A stretch of 64,000 nucleotides of DNA from assembly GCA_965637545.1 (NCBI GenBank), contig OZ281498.1:21700001-21764000 (forward strand), given 5' to 3'. Source of the stretch: Phallusia mammillata. Its lineage: Eukaryota. The notes beneath the pieces were generated by a model. That model saw only the letters and a program-made list of their open reading frames with translations. It had not been told where the DNA came from and searched no databases. Below are positions 25,100 to 36,293 of the stretch, piece after piece (the first letter of the stretch is position 1; every line of letters starts with the position of its first letter). The position numbers were made by a program, and so were the translations under genes.

Positions 25100-26940
25100 C
25101 GGCAGCGGTCCATTGACTAACCATCGCAGTTTGCAATCAGCACTCAAACAAGCAACATCCACGGGAGCAAGATTTAAACAGCAAAGGTTTTGTGGCGAGG
25201 CGCGTTTTCAACGCTGAAAAATGAAAGATGGAAGAGATAAAGTGGATGTCTTCAACGGGAAGTGCAAACCTAAGGTAAGCTTCTGCAAGTGTTTATACGC
25301 ACTAATTAGCGCAACCTGAAGTATAACTTCCTAAAAATGATCTCTTATATAAAGAATTTCGCAATGTGCGATAACCTCTCAAGACCTTTCGCATTTAGTT
25401 ACCGTGAGCACCGTGCACTCTAATATAATAAATTTTACGAGAAACTTAACAGAATATTCGTATTAACCAACGGTCTAACGTGGTTTTACATAAGATGACT
25501 TATAGCATCGGGCAAAACAGGTGGCGCGCCGCTGGTGGGGTAACAGCCGAAAGACGCACGATTTTGGGTCGATATTGCGAAGTGAGCGGCACATTCCGAA
25601 AAGTGCGACGTTGCATAATTGATAAGCAAGCCTAAATGTCACTTGCCAAAGAAGGAAACGGGAGTTCCTTCCCAACCAGCCGACGCTCACGTACAAACTG
25701 TCGGCTGTGGCCGCCCGTTGCCACCAGCAACCGATGAATAATTGATTTAAATGCTCTGACGTCACCATAGAGCCTTGCAACGGCTTCACTAAATCATTAG
25801 AGTCGCCTGAGCCGTTTTTCAAAAGTCAAACTTCGAGCCGCTTCTATAAAAAGACGTTTTAAAAGGAAAGGGGTCGTTGAAAGCTTTCTTGGATAGGCGC
25901 TTTTAAATCTTGGTGCTAGTGGTGGTCAAGAAAGGTCGCCTTTCGAAATCGGAAAATGCCATCCGAAACTTTAATTAATTAAAATAGAAAAATGTGTTTA
26001 CAGCACAAGCCAATTTAAAACGCCTAAGCGACATAGAATTATCAGATTATTTATCGTTATCTTTCTTTCGACAGATGGCAAACTGTAGATCAAGCCGATG
26101 ACATAAGATGGAAAGCTGCGAACAAACGGTAAGTTTAGATTTTTTGCAACAGTTCTAGCACGCCCAAATTTAACTGCCAAGGACATTTGTACTAAATCAA
26201 TAAGCGCAAATGCAAAGGACATGTGCTTATGGTCTGGCAGGTGAAAACGGCAGTTTCAGCACCAGGCTGCTTGCACTAATTGGGTACAGGGACAGCTGCT
26301 TTACGCTTAAAAATACCAGTCGTACCCGTTCGCCCACATAGAGAAACATGTGTATGTAAGCAAAAAATCGATACTTGCACATTGTGTAGTTCACAATTGT
26401 ATTTTAAACCAATACCCTGGCACATGTTTAATTCTAAACGATTTGAACTTGAAGCGGTGGTAATAATAAGCGCAGCTGATTTTAATCAAAAATTAGATCA
26501 TTGGTCCGTAAAAGTAAATTTTAAAATAAGGCCAAAGCCATTTAGTTTCTATTTTCGCACCATAAACAGAAATCACAAGAAACCAATTAGCCCAGAATTA
26601 AGTTCCTCGTAGGATACGAGGCTCTAATAAGACGCTGTAATCTTTGCTGGTATACTGTACTCTCTCACAGCATCCAACGAACGATTTCATTGTTTTAAGA
26701 CGCGTGACCATTGTCCGCGTATTCTATAGTTTGGCCGCAAGCAGGACGTCTCTACAATTCGCTGCGTGATAAGTTTATTGTCTTTAAAGCCCGCAATTAC
26801 AGAACATGGCGAAAAGCAAAAGAAAAAAGTTGCCCCGATCGGTATAAATCACGCCTCCTAGCAAATAAAATCATTCCAATCATTGGAGTTGATCTAATCA
26901 GCAAGAATACTGGCAAAATGATTGGTTGTTGCTAATGGCA

Positions 26941-27013
26941 TGTTCCGTGCGTATTTAGTGTGTGATCCTTACTGTTTTATACAATAAGGCACGCGGTGAA
27001 TGCCTGCGGAACA
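26941..27013 (+). ncRNA. mir-124: pre-miR-124 copy 1 (mature 26985-27006, UAAGGCACGCGGUGAAUGCCUG)
   Basis: Exact 20-nt miR-124 core on the 3' arm; flanks TGTTCCG / CGGAACA close the hairpin. Confidence 0.95.
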
Positions 27014-27119
27014 CTGCTACGTACATCACCAACCAAGCAATGGATGTAGTAGATGAATTTGAGGCAGTTAAGCCCAATTATAGTGGAAACAGGGCCAGGC
27101 TTGACTGCAAAAAACGGCA

Positions 27120-27189
27120 TGTTTTGCTCGCGTTTGCTGTGCATCTTACTGCGTTTGCACTAAGGCACGTGGTGAATGCCTGCGAAACA
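27120..27189 (+). ncRNA. mir-124: pre-miR-124 copy 2 (mature 27161-27182, C10U variant UAAGGCACGUGGUGAAUGCCUG)
   Basis: 19/20 match to the miR-124 core with intact seed; TGTTTTGC / GCGAAACA close the hairpin. Confidence 0.9.
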
Positions 27190-27294
27190 CTGCCACTTAC
27201 AACACTAACCAAGCACTGGTTGTAGTCGTAGATGAATTTAGGGCCTTTTAGCCCAACTCTATAGGAGCAACAGAGTTGACTGCAAAAAACGACA

Positions 27295-27364
27295 TGCTTT
27301 GCTCGCGTTTGCTGTGGATCTTACTGCTCTTGCATTAAGGCACGCGGTGAATGCCAATAAAGTA
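27295..27364 (+). ncRNA. mir-124: pre-miR-124 copy 3 (mature 27336-27357, canonical UAAGGCACGCGGUGAAUGCCAA)
   Basis: Exact canonical miR-124-3p; 5' arm CGCGTTTGCTGTGGATCTTA resembles miR-124-5p; TGCTTT / AAAGTA close the hairpin. Confidence 0.95.
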
Positions 27365-28331
27365 CTGTCATAATCTTCATGTGAGAAATATAGATTCAGT
27401 TTGGAGTCTATAAAGCTGACACAGCCAATTTGTACCCTATAGGCTAGAATACATTTGGCCGTATTATTGAAAATAAGCTTTTAAAAAACCATACAAAACC
27501 AGGAACACACATTTTCCTGTAGATGTATTTTTCCACACAAAAAAACTTGGTCTTGCTTACCTTTCAAATGAATAATCCTGATTAGCTGGTTAAAATTGTG
27601 TTTCTTTTTTTCAGGTTTGAGACCCGTTGAAGTAAGTTCCAGCCTACCTCGAACGGCTCACAGAGCACCGTTCTTCGTTTCCTGCAAGTTCCAGCCTTTA
27701 GCAATCCAGCTTTAAGGCAACTGCACAACTCAACAACAACTTACAGAACCCAGCGTTGACCCAACAATCAATTTGTAGTCAGCATTGTGCGTTTGACAAT
27801 CACTCAGTTTAGACTTTTTTCCTAAACAATTCTGCGTTTATTCGTAAACAATACCTGGTTAAAAGTTAAGACCGGACATTTTGTTTGATAGCATGCCCAT
27901 AAACTAGTTTAAGAATACTGTTTTAAAACCACTTTTCTTCATGTAATGTATCATATTGCTTTCTCCCTTGAGTTCCAACAAACAAAGGTTAACTTTGGTT
28001 TTGTAAATTCTTGATGTATTATAATTATGAGTGTTGTCTAAGTGAGAACTAATATTTCTGCCACCAACTTCTTCAACTAGCTATCATGTCTGTTCATGAG
28101 TTCCATTCCGCTCCGTTTGGGAGCTCACCTTTGTATATGGCACGTGACTTTAGTCTACAAGCAGCCGTGCTCGCGTTTGCTGGTACACTCACTGTGAATC
28201 TGTGCTTTGCAAACTAAATATTGCAAAAAAACTACATTTTGATCTTAAATTTTCTGCCGTTTTGAGATTAAATTTATGTTTAGATTTGTACAAAGTTAGA
28301 AAACCTTTCTTTTGTGTGCTTCACTGTGAAA

Positions 28332-28440
28332 TGTAAATACTTTACCTTCTTGGATCAGTGCAATACTATCTGTACATACATACTGTATATACTTTTATAT
28401 CAACCTTGTACATATACTTTTGCGTGGAACTATGTAAATA
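28332..28440 (+). promoter_or_regulatory. Cluster of five Pumilio response elements (UGUAHAUA)
   Basis: TGTAAATA 28332, TGTACATA 28371, TGTATATA 28384, TGTACATA 28407, TGTAAATA 28433. Confidence 0.6.
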
Positions 28441-29281
28441 AACTAACCATAATAAAAGGATAGTGCTTCTATATTGGAGACCGCTTGTCGTTTGGAGAAC
28501 TTGGGCAGTCAACTAGTCATAAATTATGCAGAAGTAATGAATCACTGAAATGGATGTGGTTACATGCGGTATAAGAGTAAAACAATTAATTGCGTGAGTC
28601 AGGTCATAAAGATCAACTGTAAATGCGTAGAAAAAAGGTTTTGAAAATAGATAACATGGTAAATAATTATTTTCTTTTTAATCGAATACCGAACCCAAAT
28701 CTTTGAAATAAAAGCTTGCAACAAAAACGGTTTGATTTTTCCATAAAATTATTTTTTTTGTTCACTTTAACGTAACATTAAGAAGAAAAAGATCAATAAT
28801 TTTACGGTTCATAAAATAGCAAGCGGTTGTCCTACAATCTGTGCTTTACTGGTTTTCTGGCATTTTTGACGACTTGTTTTAAGTTCCCATCATATAGTAC
28901 AAAAAAACACGTTCTAAATTTAAACAAAAGAAAACGAACAAGCGGTACAAACCTAATTTGAAAATACCACAAACATAACCCGTGTTTTGAATTATGCAAA
29001 ACTTATTCGTGTAAAATGGCAGTGACAGCTGTTTAGCACTCTGAGAATTGTTTCTCATATAGGCAACTTAATATTGGTTCAAACACTTACACAAAAATTT
29101 ACACATAAAACAATATTATGTAACTTAGTTGAAACCTTTTTCATGTACAGAACGATTTTCTCCTGTTTGTAATACCATAAAAATTCCACTTACTAACGGT
29201 GCCTACGTTAAAGGTTGAGCAAACACGCCCAGTACTTTACATTAAACACAACACCACCAGCCAATCATGTCAGCTTCTCAT

Positions 29282-32200
29282 TCACAAATCCGTTTCATCA
29301 CAATCCCACTCCATAAAGTCGCTTGCTTCCTCGATGACGTCACTGCCTCGAAACGGAATGACGTATTCTATTGGGTTTGGACACTTGAGGGCGTTTGGCT
29401 GTTGTGGAGTATGTCGTGATTGCGGGGTTGAGGATAACGAGGAAATTATGCTTCCACACTGTGCTGCCGTACTGTCATTGGACGACATTGTCGCATATCC
29501 GTCTTCTTCAGTTTCGCAAAAATTGGTTATAGTGTCGCCACTAGAGACGCTCCCGTGCTCTTTGTCCCAAGTTACAGTCCCTTGCGACGTCGAATCGCTT
29601 TCTGATGATTGGTCGTCGTCCTGGCTGCACCGGGAAGCTCCGAACGGGGCTGCACCAGTTGGGACTTTATCGGATGTTGCTGATGCAGAGTACTTATGAC
29701 TGATCTTTTGCATCTCTTGCAGCATCGTCCTTTTGATTTCATCTTGATGCTGAACGAGCGATCGCAGAAAATAATCCGAAGCGCTCGGGATCACGCTCGG
29801 ATTGGGTGAAAGGTCAACACGTGACTCTTCCACTTCCGTAATCCCGCTAGTCATGTGATTGCTGGCCCTTTCCGCCTCATTGAGATTAAAGGTAGGGAGA
29901 TTTTTAGTTTTCTCGTTTGCGCGAGCCGCGTGAATTGGATAGTTCTTCACCGGGGTGCTAGACAGAAAAATGTCGTGAGGACCAATGACATCATCAAGAT
30001 CGTCGTCGTTTTGTGGCGGGAGATTTTCCACAAGCGGTGCACGAGAGCCCGAAGCAGTTTGATCTTTTAATGCGACTTTGTGAGGAATGACGTCATGAGT
30101 ACTAATTTCCGTTTGATATGAGTTTACTCTCGTTGAAATGAAGGCAGATTTATGAATTAGTGGGTCATGGTCCAACAAAGAATTTGATTTTTGGTCTTTT
30201 TGGATCGTATAAACTGTTTTCACCTCGGTCTGCTCGCTAGGTGTCTCTGTTTGAGCCTTGTCATCTAATTCAGCTAAATTTTCATCCGGCCAAAGATTTT
30301 CATAGTTCGGTTCGCATTTTTCCGGTTTTACTTGAGCTTTGTTACGTTCCTGCAAATTCTTTTTCATGTGTTGGAGTCCAGCTACGCGAGCATACGATGG
30401 ATTATCGCCTCGATTTTGTACTCTTGACTTTATGAGGCGGTGAAATTTTCGCGATGACGTCACTGAGTTGGCTGTGCTTGAGGCATCGGACTTTATCTTG
30501 ATGTTTTCCAAAGTGGAGACTTGGTTAGTGGTTTGAATTTCTTTCTCGTTTTGGTCGTTGGTCGGTAACGTTTCAGGTTTCAGCGAAGACTGAAAAAGAT
30601 TTATTTAGGTTGGGTTTGCTGTTTCTCAAGAACACAAACTTTTCGAACAGGCAGCTGATATTGGTTTATTTCTTTAATGCTAAAACTCTAGTTATACCCA
30701 AAGATTGTACGCATGATTTGGTCTGAAAAAATTTCCCCTTTTTTCGTTTCGATTGCACATGGTAAATGGTTATGCTGGTGTTTCAACTTAAACCTTATGC
30801 GTAAGTTGACCACTGTCCTGGTGACATATTACAGTTTTTTTTAAGACCGCTTCCACTACACATTGTTATTTTTTCTGATTTGTTCGTAATACTAGCGTAT
30901 ATTAAAGCACCAAAACAAACAAAACATAAAAACAAAGTTATATTATCACAATTGTTTTGGTGTATGCTAAGTTATGTTGTACAGTTTTGCGTTGATAAAG
31001 CTAATCGAGCAATAAATCAATAGAAGACAGTGAATAAACAAACAAAAAACTCAAGCTTACGTCGTTCACAATTTCTTCATTATGATCATACTGTTGCTGG
31101 TTGCTTGCAAGGTCGCTAAGTTTTTCCAAGCGCAGAATCCTCGTCCTCATCCGATGAAGAAGGCGATCGGTTCTCGCACTCCTACTCCTGTCGCAGCCGA
31201 TGAACGCCATTAGTTAGTTATTTGTTAATGTTTATAGTATTCTAGGTCTGTTTCCAGGCAGCAAATTCACTGTTCCTGAAAATGTTATATTCTCTTGTTA
31301 AAATAGACCTATATTTGTTATACTGTCAACTCGGCTCTCAAACTCAATTCACCTCAATCAACAAACTCCTCCTACTGCATCTGAACGATCCTCGTATTGC
31401 TGCTCTGTATCGAATTGTGAAACAACTGATGGTTACTTTTTACTGACCTCTCGATCTTTGTTAATAAGACTGTAATGCTTTCGAATCTTGTAGGCTATAA
31501 AATTAGATTGTTTGGTCTACAAGCTGACAATGAACAAATTTGCTTCTGTCTTTTAAGGCAAAAGTATTTTAAGACTTTCAACTCCTCTGCTGTCTTGACA
31601 AAGCTATTGTGTTTCTTTCATCCCACGAATTGAAACCACGTAGCAAAGAATATTGTCTGCTCTGCAAACTGACACTGATACGTTCTGAAGTTGTACTTCA
31701 CAGCATATATGCTTTGGATGGCATATAAATTCAGAAAATGAGATCAGGCGACAAAGGAAACTTACCTCGAGACTCGTCTACTGGTGTTGACTTTGTCTTC
31801 GCCTAAACACAACAAGCTCGATTCAATATTTCAGGAATTTAAGCAGATGTTTGGAAAAAGGCCAAGCTAATAGTTTAATTCCTACTCTTCACAAATCATT
31901 AAAGGTGTATGACGAAGTTTTTTGTTTATTCCCTTTATAACTTATATACAATCAAAATGACTCATACTCAACAGATTTAGATAAAAAACATACAGAAGTG
32001 AATAAAGGTATGAAATATTTCATTCAACCTTAAACGCAAAAGTTGGACTAAAATGCAATAAATTGTAGGGGATAGTCCTACTCGGATTTTAAACAGCGAT
32101 TTATTTTAAGAAGTTGCCTAATAAAGGCTAATAATGGTTTCGTGGATTTCTAGCAACCTACTATCTTCACTTTAGAGTGATCATAATGATGATATTTATT

Positions 32201-35200
32201 CATATTTTTTATATTTTACCTGTGGTTTTGTAGGAACTGAAGATGCCAGTTAAGGAAAGTATCTATATTCCATGTAAATTTATTGACTGATTCGGTTACT
32301 TGAAAAATATTTTCGATCCTTATTTATCCTTACTTTTGTATTTATCGCTAATTTTCATAGGGCTCAAATGAATCGAAGAAAGGTCTGAATCACTAAAGCA
32401 ACGACGTGGTTGAAATGGCGACGGCCCAGCTTGTTTTATCGGCGAAGGCTTCGGTTTGGGATCTGGCGGTGCAACCACACTAGAGGGCGCTGTGCTGGTC
32501 TCGGGCTCTTGTGCACTGAATGCAAATATTTTGTTGATTTTATCAAATACAAATTTACAGGTACAAAAAGCATGCAAAAATTAAAAATATATGTGACTAA
32601 AGTTTGATAAAACAGCAGCATGTCCTTTAATGGTGCAGAATGGGGCAAGTCTAATCCTTTTGAAATATTTATAAATCAATCGACTATGTATTTGCATATT
32701 GCACAGCGATTGCAAAATTTTCAATCATTTCTACGATATTGAGTGAAGCTATTTCACATTAAACTCAATTTAAAGTGGTATTATCGTTGAGAAAAGAATA
32801 AAGCCTTTTCCTCGTTTGCAATGATAATTTTACCCCCACTTAGCTGATGCAATCTTCTTAGCTTATATAGTCTTTATATTGCAATATAACTTTCACTTAT
32901 AATAACCAATACATGAAATTATTTGCAGACAACGAAATTAAAAGATTTAGGCATATACCTTTCTTCGACGTTGCAATGTTGGGGTACGTCGCTAGAGGGC
33001 GATAAATCACCCAAAAGTTTCTCTCTGGTTGGGGAACTTTTCTTTTTAGGAATTCCGGTAGCAAAGCGTAAACATTGCGCCATGTTACGTACTGGTGATG
33101 ACGTAGATATGTACGGATAATTTCGTGCAATGACCTCAGGAATCTGAAACGCAAGTACATTTTTAACGTAAATATTAGTAGGCTGTTAAAATATGTACAA
33201 AACTAAACTCCGTTTGTGACAAAATTCTCACTACAATTTGTTTTGTAGCTTAAAATAATCTTCAACTAAGAGTCCTAAGCATTGTCTTATAAAGGCATCT
33301 TTCCCAGTTCAGACCAATTGATATAAAAACTCAGAGAAAAAAGCGAAAATTACCGATAAAGTTATTGGCTACTAGAGAAGGAAATGTTAATGTCTGAATC
33401 TTTTCTTAAGAAATCCTGAACTGTCAAAAACTTCCCAACCTAAAAAATCTCGACTTAATGCACATCTACTTGCCTTGTCCGTTGCAACTCCAGTTAACAC
33501 GAAAGTTCGACCAAACGGCAAATCTTCACAACATGAAGAAGATTTGGCATGAAAGTTTCCTCTGCTTGGGTTATCTTCTCCTAATCAAAACATTAGCAAG
33601 TTTCAAATAGTACAAAAGTAAAAGGTCATTAGCATATAACAGTATTCAGCTGGGTATATGCTATAACCCATAACCCATAGTTCGTAAAAACAAAATTAAA
33701 AAAATGAATATCTAACTTTTCAAAGAGTTTTCTGAAAAAAAGACTAAAACGAAAATACGAACTAAAACACTTTCTTTGACGATTTTAATGCGTTTTTTCA
33801 GATTTGTTTGACTTTACATGCCTTTTCAAAGATGTAGAAACCGTGCAAAAACCTTAATTTAAGCAAGGGCCTGTAGACCTAAATATATACATCAGACGCC
33901 CAAAATGGTTAGAAACATCCGGCAAAGCAACATGTTCTTAAACTTATTTTTCCGTATAACCAACCGCTAACCTATTTTCATGGCGTCCAGCAACTCTGTT
34001 TCAACACTTAAGGTTCGATCCAACAATATCCCGTCCGATCTTGTTCTTTTTCTGCGATCCAACTCGAGATTTTTTGGCTCGTTCTCGAGGGACATTATTT
34101 TCACAGGTTTTGCGAAGTGACCACTTGTTTCAGGCGGCTTTGCTGCATCTGTACGAGTGAATTTAGTTCAGTAATTTTTCTACAAATGTGTTACAAACAT
34201 CTTCACAAAAACAACGCCCTAAAATAAAATAAAAGCATGTGTCCAATAATTCTTGAAGTGTGAGGAACAGATAAGTTTGAAGATCAAAAAAATAAATAAA
34301 TCAATTTTTCTTTGACTCACATCACGCCAGGCCTGCAGTACAAAATACCTTAATTAACATTAGATTAACCCAACCTTTAACGCACTTCGGTACAGCAAAG
34401 CAAAACTGTTAGCCTGTGGTGAAGTTTAAAACCACGACAGTTGGGCACATACAAAAAATCACAAGCAAATAATTAAATTAAAAACCTTTTTCCTCTGTAT
34501 TTGTTTGTGGTTGGTTAGAATGTAGACGAGTTCCCACAAACGAGGATTCGACTAACTTTGGTTTGGGTTTAATTGAAGAAGTTTCGTCTTTCCGATTTCT
34601 TATTCCCCTTCCGGACAAACATGAATATTGGTACGATGATGAATCCCACTGGGGTACGCCGTTCTCAACTGGTATCTCTTCTCTGACGAAAGATATGACA
34701 TAAATAAAGCTGCGGAGCTCACACAGCAGATAGATATTTGTTTTGTTGGATATTTGGTATTCCAATAACTATTCCAATAACACTATTCTGAGAATAATAA
34801 TAAAAAAAAGAAGATATTTTTTAAGAATTTATTTTACTGCAAGTAGGGGTGTCCAGCTCTTAAAACTCTTTCTTTTGACTCAATGGGCACAATAGCCACT
34901 TTGAGTCAAATAAGAACCTGAAATGCGAACGGCAGTAGAAAAATGTTCTATGCCATGTTCTATGTGTTCATGATTGCTTGGGCGATAAAATCAAAAAAAG
35001 CCTTGTTCTTTAAATATTTGTTCGTTCAATTGAATGTATGTCCGACATGCTTGGCAAAAAACGGTGCTAGTTTTCTTTTACAAAACGTCGTTTGCCTTCA
35101 ATAACAAACTACGTTAACGTTAATTGGTGGAAAAAAAAACAGCCATACGTTGTTCGGGCGGCAACTTACTTGGTTTGAATGTGTACAAGAACTTTGCGCT

Positions 35201-36293
35201 GCTCCGATTTACGACGAGGATATCGTTCATAAACGTTGATCTCATCCATTTTACGACTGTCGACTTCGTCTTTGCTCGTCGCAATAGAAATATTATCAAC
35301 ATCCGCCTGCAGTAAGATTTCCATGTTTGTTGAGACCGCCCTCCGTTTCTTGCCCTTTTCATCCGATTTTGATTTTCTTGCGAACAGATTCTTAAAACTT
35401 AACATTGATCGACTGCGGCGCAAAACAGGAGCTTGTGGGTTCGATTCTAGTCTCTCGTCAAGAAGATTATCAGCAGATGAGCACGTTGCTTTTGCTTGCT
35501 CCGTTTTTAATTTGTTTCTCGCTGGTTTGGCTGGCTTCGTTTTGCTTTCTTGCGCCTTAGCTGATATTTCAGTTACATTTTTATCTTCGCTAACGGCCGC
35601 CAAAGGCACACAAGGTTGCTGTGATGTGTTCTTAACATCCGGACAGCGTCTAGGACTGATTCCCATTTGTGAAAGCTGGTTCTGCTGGCGTAAGGATTCA
35701 ATACAGTCCATGGAAGCTGATTTGTGTATATGCAGCGGCCCGACACCGGAAAAAGACACCGATTTTCGGATCGCCGATCTTAGCTTGGAGCGCTCATGGA
35801 AATCGTTCAACTCCACCTTAAGTGACGGGTCCTTGGCTTCGTTGAGGGACTGCTCGTCGACGATGATGACACTGTCTTCCGCGAAGTACGCACTGCGGTG
35901 TTTTGATTTTAAATTACCGACGCCCTCGACATGCTTTTGCCTTAAAACGGATCGATTGGAGCAAGCAACGTCGGACTTGTGTCTCGCAACGGTCGCTTTA
36001 CTTTCGCCAAGTTTTCTTTTTTCTTTCTTTTTGCTTCCCGAGGAGAAAATCGACTTCCACCACCTCCTCTTTCTCACCTCCTGCTCCGCTTTGCTCTTCT
36101 TGTCGCTTTTCTTTAAACTTTCCTTTTTTTCATCTTGTTTTGTTTTCGACGCTTGTTTTTTTGATGAAGCTTGACTTATTCCATTGCTGAGGTCATTGCG
36201 AGAGCGATGGATAATTGTGGAACTTCTTGCGTCGGCGGAACGGCAAGTCAGGAAACCGTAGTCATCGCAACCGTTGTACGTAATAATAGACAT
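29282..36293 (-). CDS. Uncharacterised low-complexity protein, 9 exons, ~1147 aa, C-terminal ETDL
   Basis: Exons 35170-36293, 34486-34682, 33972-34148, 33474-33580 (GC donor), 32959-33143, 32334-32515, 31766-31802, 31061-31187, 29282-30589 join into one open frame. S/K/E/P-rich; no domain recognised; start codon uncertain. Confidence 0.75.

Larger units (their letters stand above)
25123..28470 (+). ncRNA. Spliced miR-124 host transcript (Pans-like; lncRNA or micropeptide mRNA)
   Basis: Donor AAG|GTAAGC at 25274/25275; acceptor TTTCTTTTTTTCAG| at 27614; AATAAA at 28437 and 28451. The first two ATGs give only 19-20 aa ORFs. Three miR-124 hairpins lie in the intron. Transcript ends are inferred. 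Confidence 0.65.

Noticed and set aside
26962-27225. 87-aa ORF over the miR-124 repeats
   Set aside because: Non-ATG start, intronic, and explained by the miRNA tandem duplication.
26985-27357. Regularly spaced ~20-nt repeats resembling a CRISPR array
   Set aside because: The repeats are miR-124, the spacers are homologous to each other, the DNA is eukaryotic and there are no cas genes.
29199-29699. 166-aa plus-strand ORF
   Set aside because: Antisense to the last exon of the orphan gene.
31352-31494. Extra small exons of the orphan gene
   Set aside because: Splice-like signals exist, but including them breaks the frame; the direct 31766-31187 join is in frame.
35236-36174. 312-aa plus-strand ORF
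   Set aside because: Antisense shadow of the K/S/E-rich first exon of the orphan gene; no independent support.
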